Positions 37,366 through 38,194 of a stretch of DNA of 38,194 nucleotides are shown piece by piece (positions within the stretch are counted from its first letter, which is position 1; every line of letters starts with the position of its first letter). Position numbers and translations under genes: made by a program. The stretch is from IMG/VR virus record IMGVR_UViG_3300040771_000130, positions 1 to 38,194 of that record; one strand, 5' to 3'. Source of the DNA: a virus. Its lineage: Duplodnaviria; Heunggongvirae; Uroviricota; Caudoviricetes; Crassvirales. The notes beneath the pieces are model-generated. The model saw nothing but the letters and a program-made list of their open reading frames with translations. It was not told the origin of the DNA and did no database searches.

Positions 37366-37644
37366 TTACTTAGATTTTATTAAATACCATCTAATTTTAG
37401 CATTTTCTCTATTTTGATCACACCATTGACTTTCACCAATTTCACCTTTATATTTCAAACCAGTAGTTAAATCTTTAATTTTTACAAGTTTTTTAACACT
37501 ACTTTTTTCTGAATCAAAATTAATTATCTTTTCACTAATGTGAGAATATTGAACTTTTTCATCATTATTTTCAAAAGTAGCATCTTTTTGAATATTTAAT
37601 GAACATACTTGATTTTCTGTTAATATTATATAATCTTTTTCCAT
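37366..37644 (-). CDS. Hypothetical protein (92 aa)
   Basis: ORF in the operon. Confidence 0.55.
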   Translation of the reverse strand: MEKDYIILTENQVCSLNIQKDATFENNDEKVQYSHISEKIINFDSEKSSVKKLVKIKDLTTGLKYKGEIGESQWCDQNRENAKIRWYLIKSK

Positions 37645-37649
37645 TTTAT

Positions 37650-37913
37650 TTATAATAAACTTTTTAATTTACTTTCTATTCTATCTGCAACTTGATCATG
37701 AATATTTAGTTTTTCAAGTAATATTAAACTATTTAACGTTACGTCACCCAATTCTTCAATTAAATGTGGTATTCTATCTTCACTACCGTTAGGTTTAGTA
37801 ACTTGCTTTATTAATATTTCACCTAATTCAAATAATTCTTCTGCTAATTTTAAATAGCAATATTCTAACGTTCTTTCTTTTGCTACAATTTCTATTATTA
37901 CAGGTATGTTCAT
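37650..37913 (-). CDS. MazG-like nucleotide pyrophosphohydrolase
   Basis: LKLAEELFELGE...HLIEELGDV matches the MazG EExxE...EExGD metal-binding pattern. Confidence 0.75.
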   Translation of the reverse strand: MNIPVIIEIVAKERTLEYCYLKLAEELFELGEILIKQVTKPNGSEDRIPHLIEELGDVTLNSLILLEKLNIHDQVADRIESKLKSLL

Positions 37914-38147
37914 TTATTTAATATTTTCTAATGGATATATATCCGTTTCAACATTTATTTCGTTTTCTGGAATTAGATAAACATCATAATTTATTTCATA
38001 ATATTCACGAGTCGCTTTTAAAGCTGCTTCTACATGAAGTTTAGTAAATTCAATCATAACAATAGCTATTTCATCAGCATATATTGATAAATTTCCATAA
38101 TCATCTTTTTCTTTTAAAAATTCTTCTGCTGTTAGTATTTTACTCAT
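37914..38147 (-). CDS. Hypothetical protein (likely start MSKILTAEEFL)
   Basis: Part of ORF 37914..38183. The ATG at 38147 has an A-rich context. Confidence 0.5.
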   Translation of the reverse strand: MSKILTAEEFLKEKDDYGNLSIYADEIAIVMIEFTKLHVEAALKATREYYEINYDVYLIPENEINVETDIYPLENIK

Positions 38148-38194
38148 ATTATTTAATTTTATTAATAAATCCACTAATTCCAAAATTATGAATT

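Noticed and set aside
1-38194. Stop-codon reassignment (TAG to Gln or TGA to Trp), known in some crAss-like phages
   Set aside because: Giant ORFs are intact in the standard code. The only breaks (23402, 34300) are explained by introns, and TAG (12867-69) and TGA (9969-71) act as real stops abutting the next start.
1-38194. CRISPR array, tRNA genes, diversity-generating retroelement or invertible repeats
   Set aside because: No regularly spaced repeats, cloverleaf-like segments, reverse transcriptase, or template/variable repeat pairs were seen by eye. tRNAscan-SE and a self dot-plot would confirm this.

Overview
Very AT-rich segment of a crAss-like (Crassvirales, phi14:2/crAss001-type) bacteriophage that probably infects Bacteroidota, judging by TAnnTTTG/TTTG promoters and A-rich starts without Shine-Dalgarno sequences. 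It reads in the standard genetic code. The plus strand (1-31769) is the late block: the end of a tail-fibre gene, a lysis cassette (holin, N-acetylmuramidase, spanin-like protein), a metallophosphoesterase, ring/IHF-like/muzzle tail genes, a free-standing GIY-YIG endonuclease, two cargo proteins and three giant ejected proteins. The middle giant protein is the virion RNA polymerase, split inside its catalytic GSD|FDIDK motif by a group I intron (23376-24335) that carries a LAGLIDADG endonuclease. The minus strand (31837-38183) is a nucleotide-metabolism and small-gene block: thyA split by a T4-td-like group I intron with a GIY-YIG endonuclease, a phosphoesterase, dUTPase, MazG-like proteins and a KTSC protein. 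The two blocks converge on a bidirectional terminator. The most unusual observation is that the three giant proteins (about 5,370 aa in total) contain only four cysteines. All four lie within five residues of a terminus and are arranged head-to-tail, which suggests a covalently or metal-linked ejection chain.
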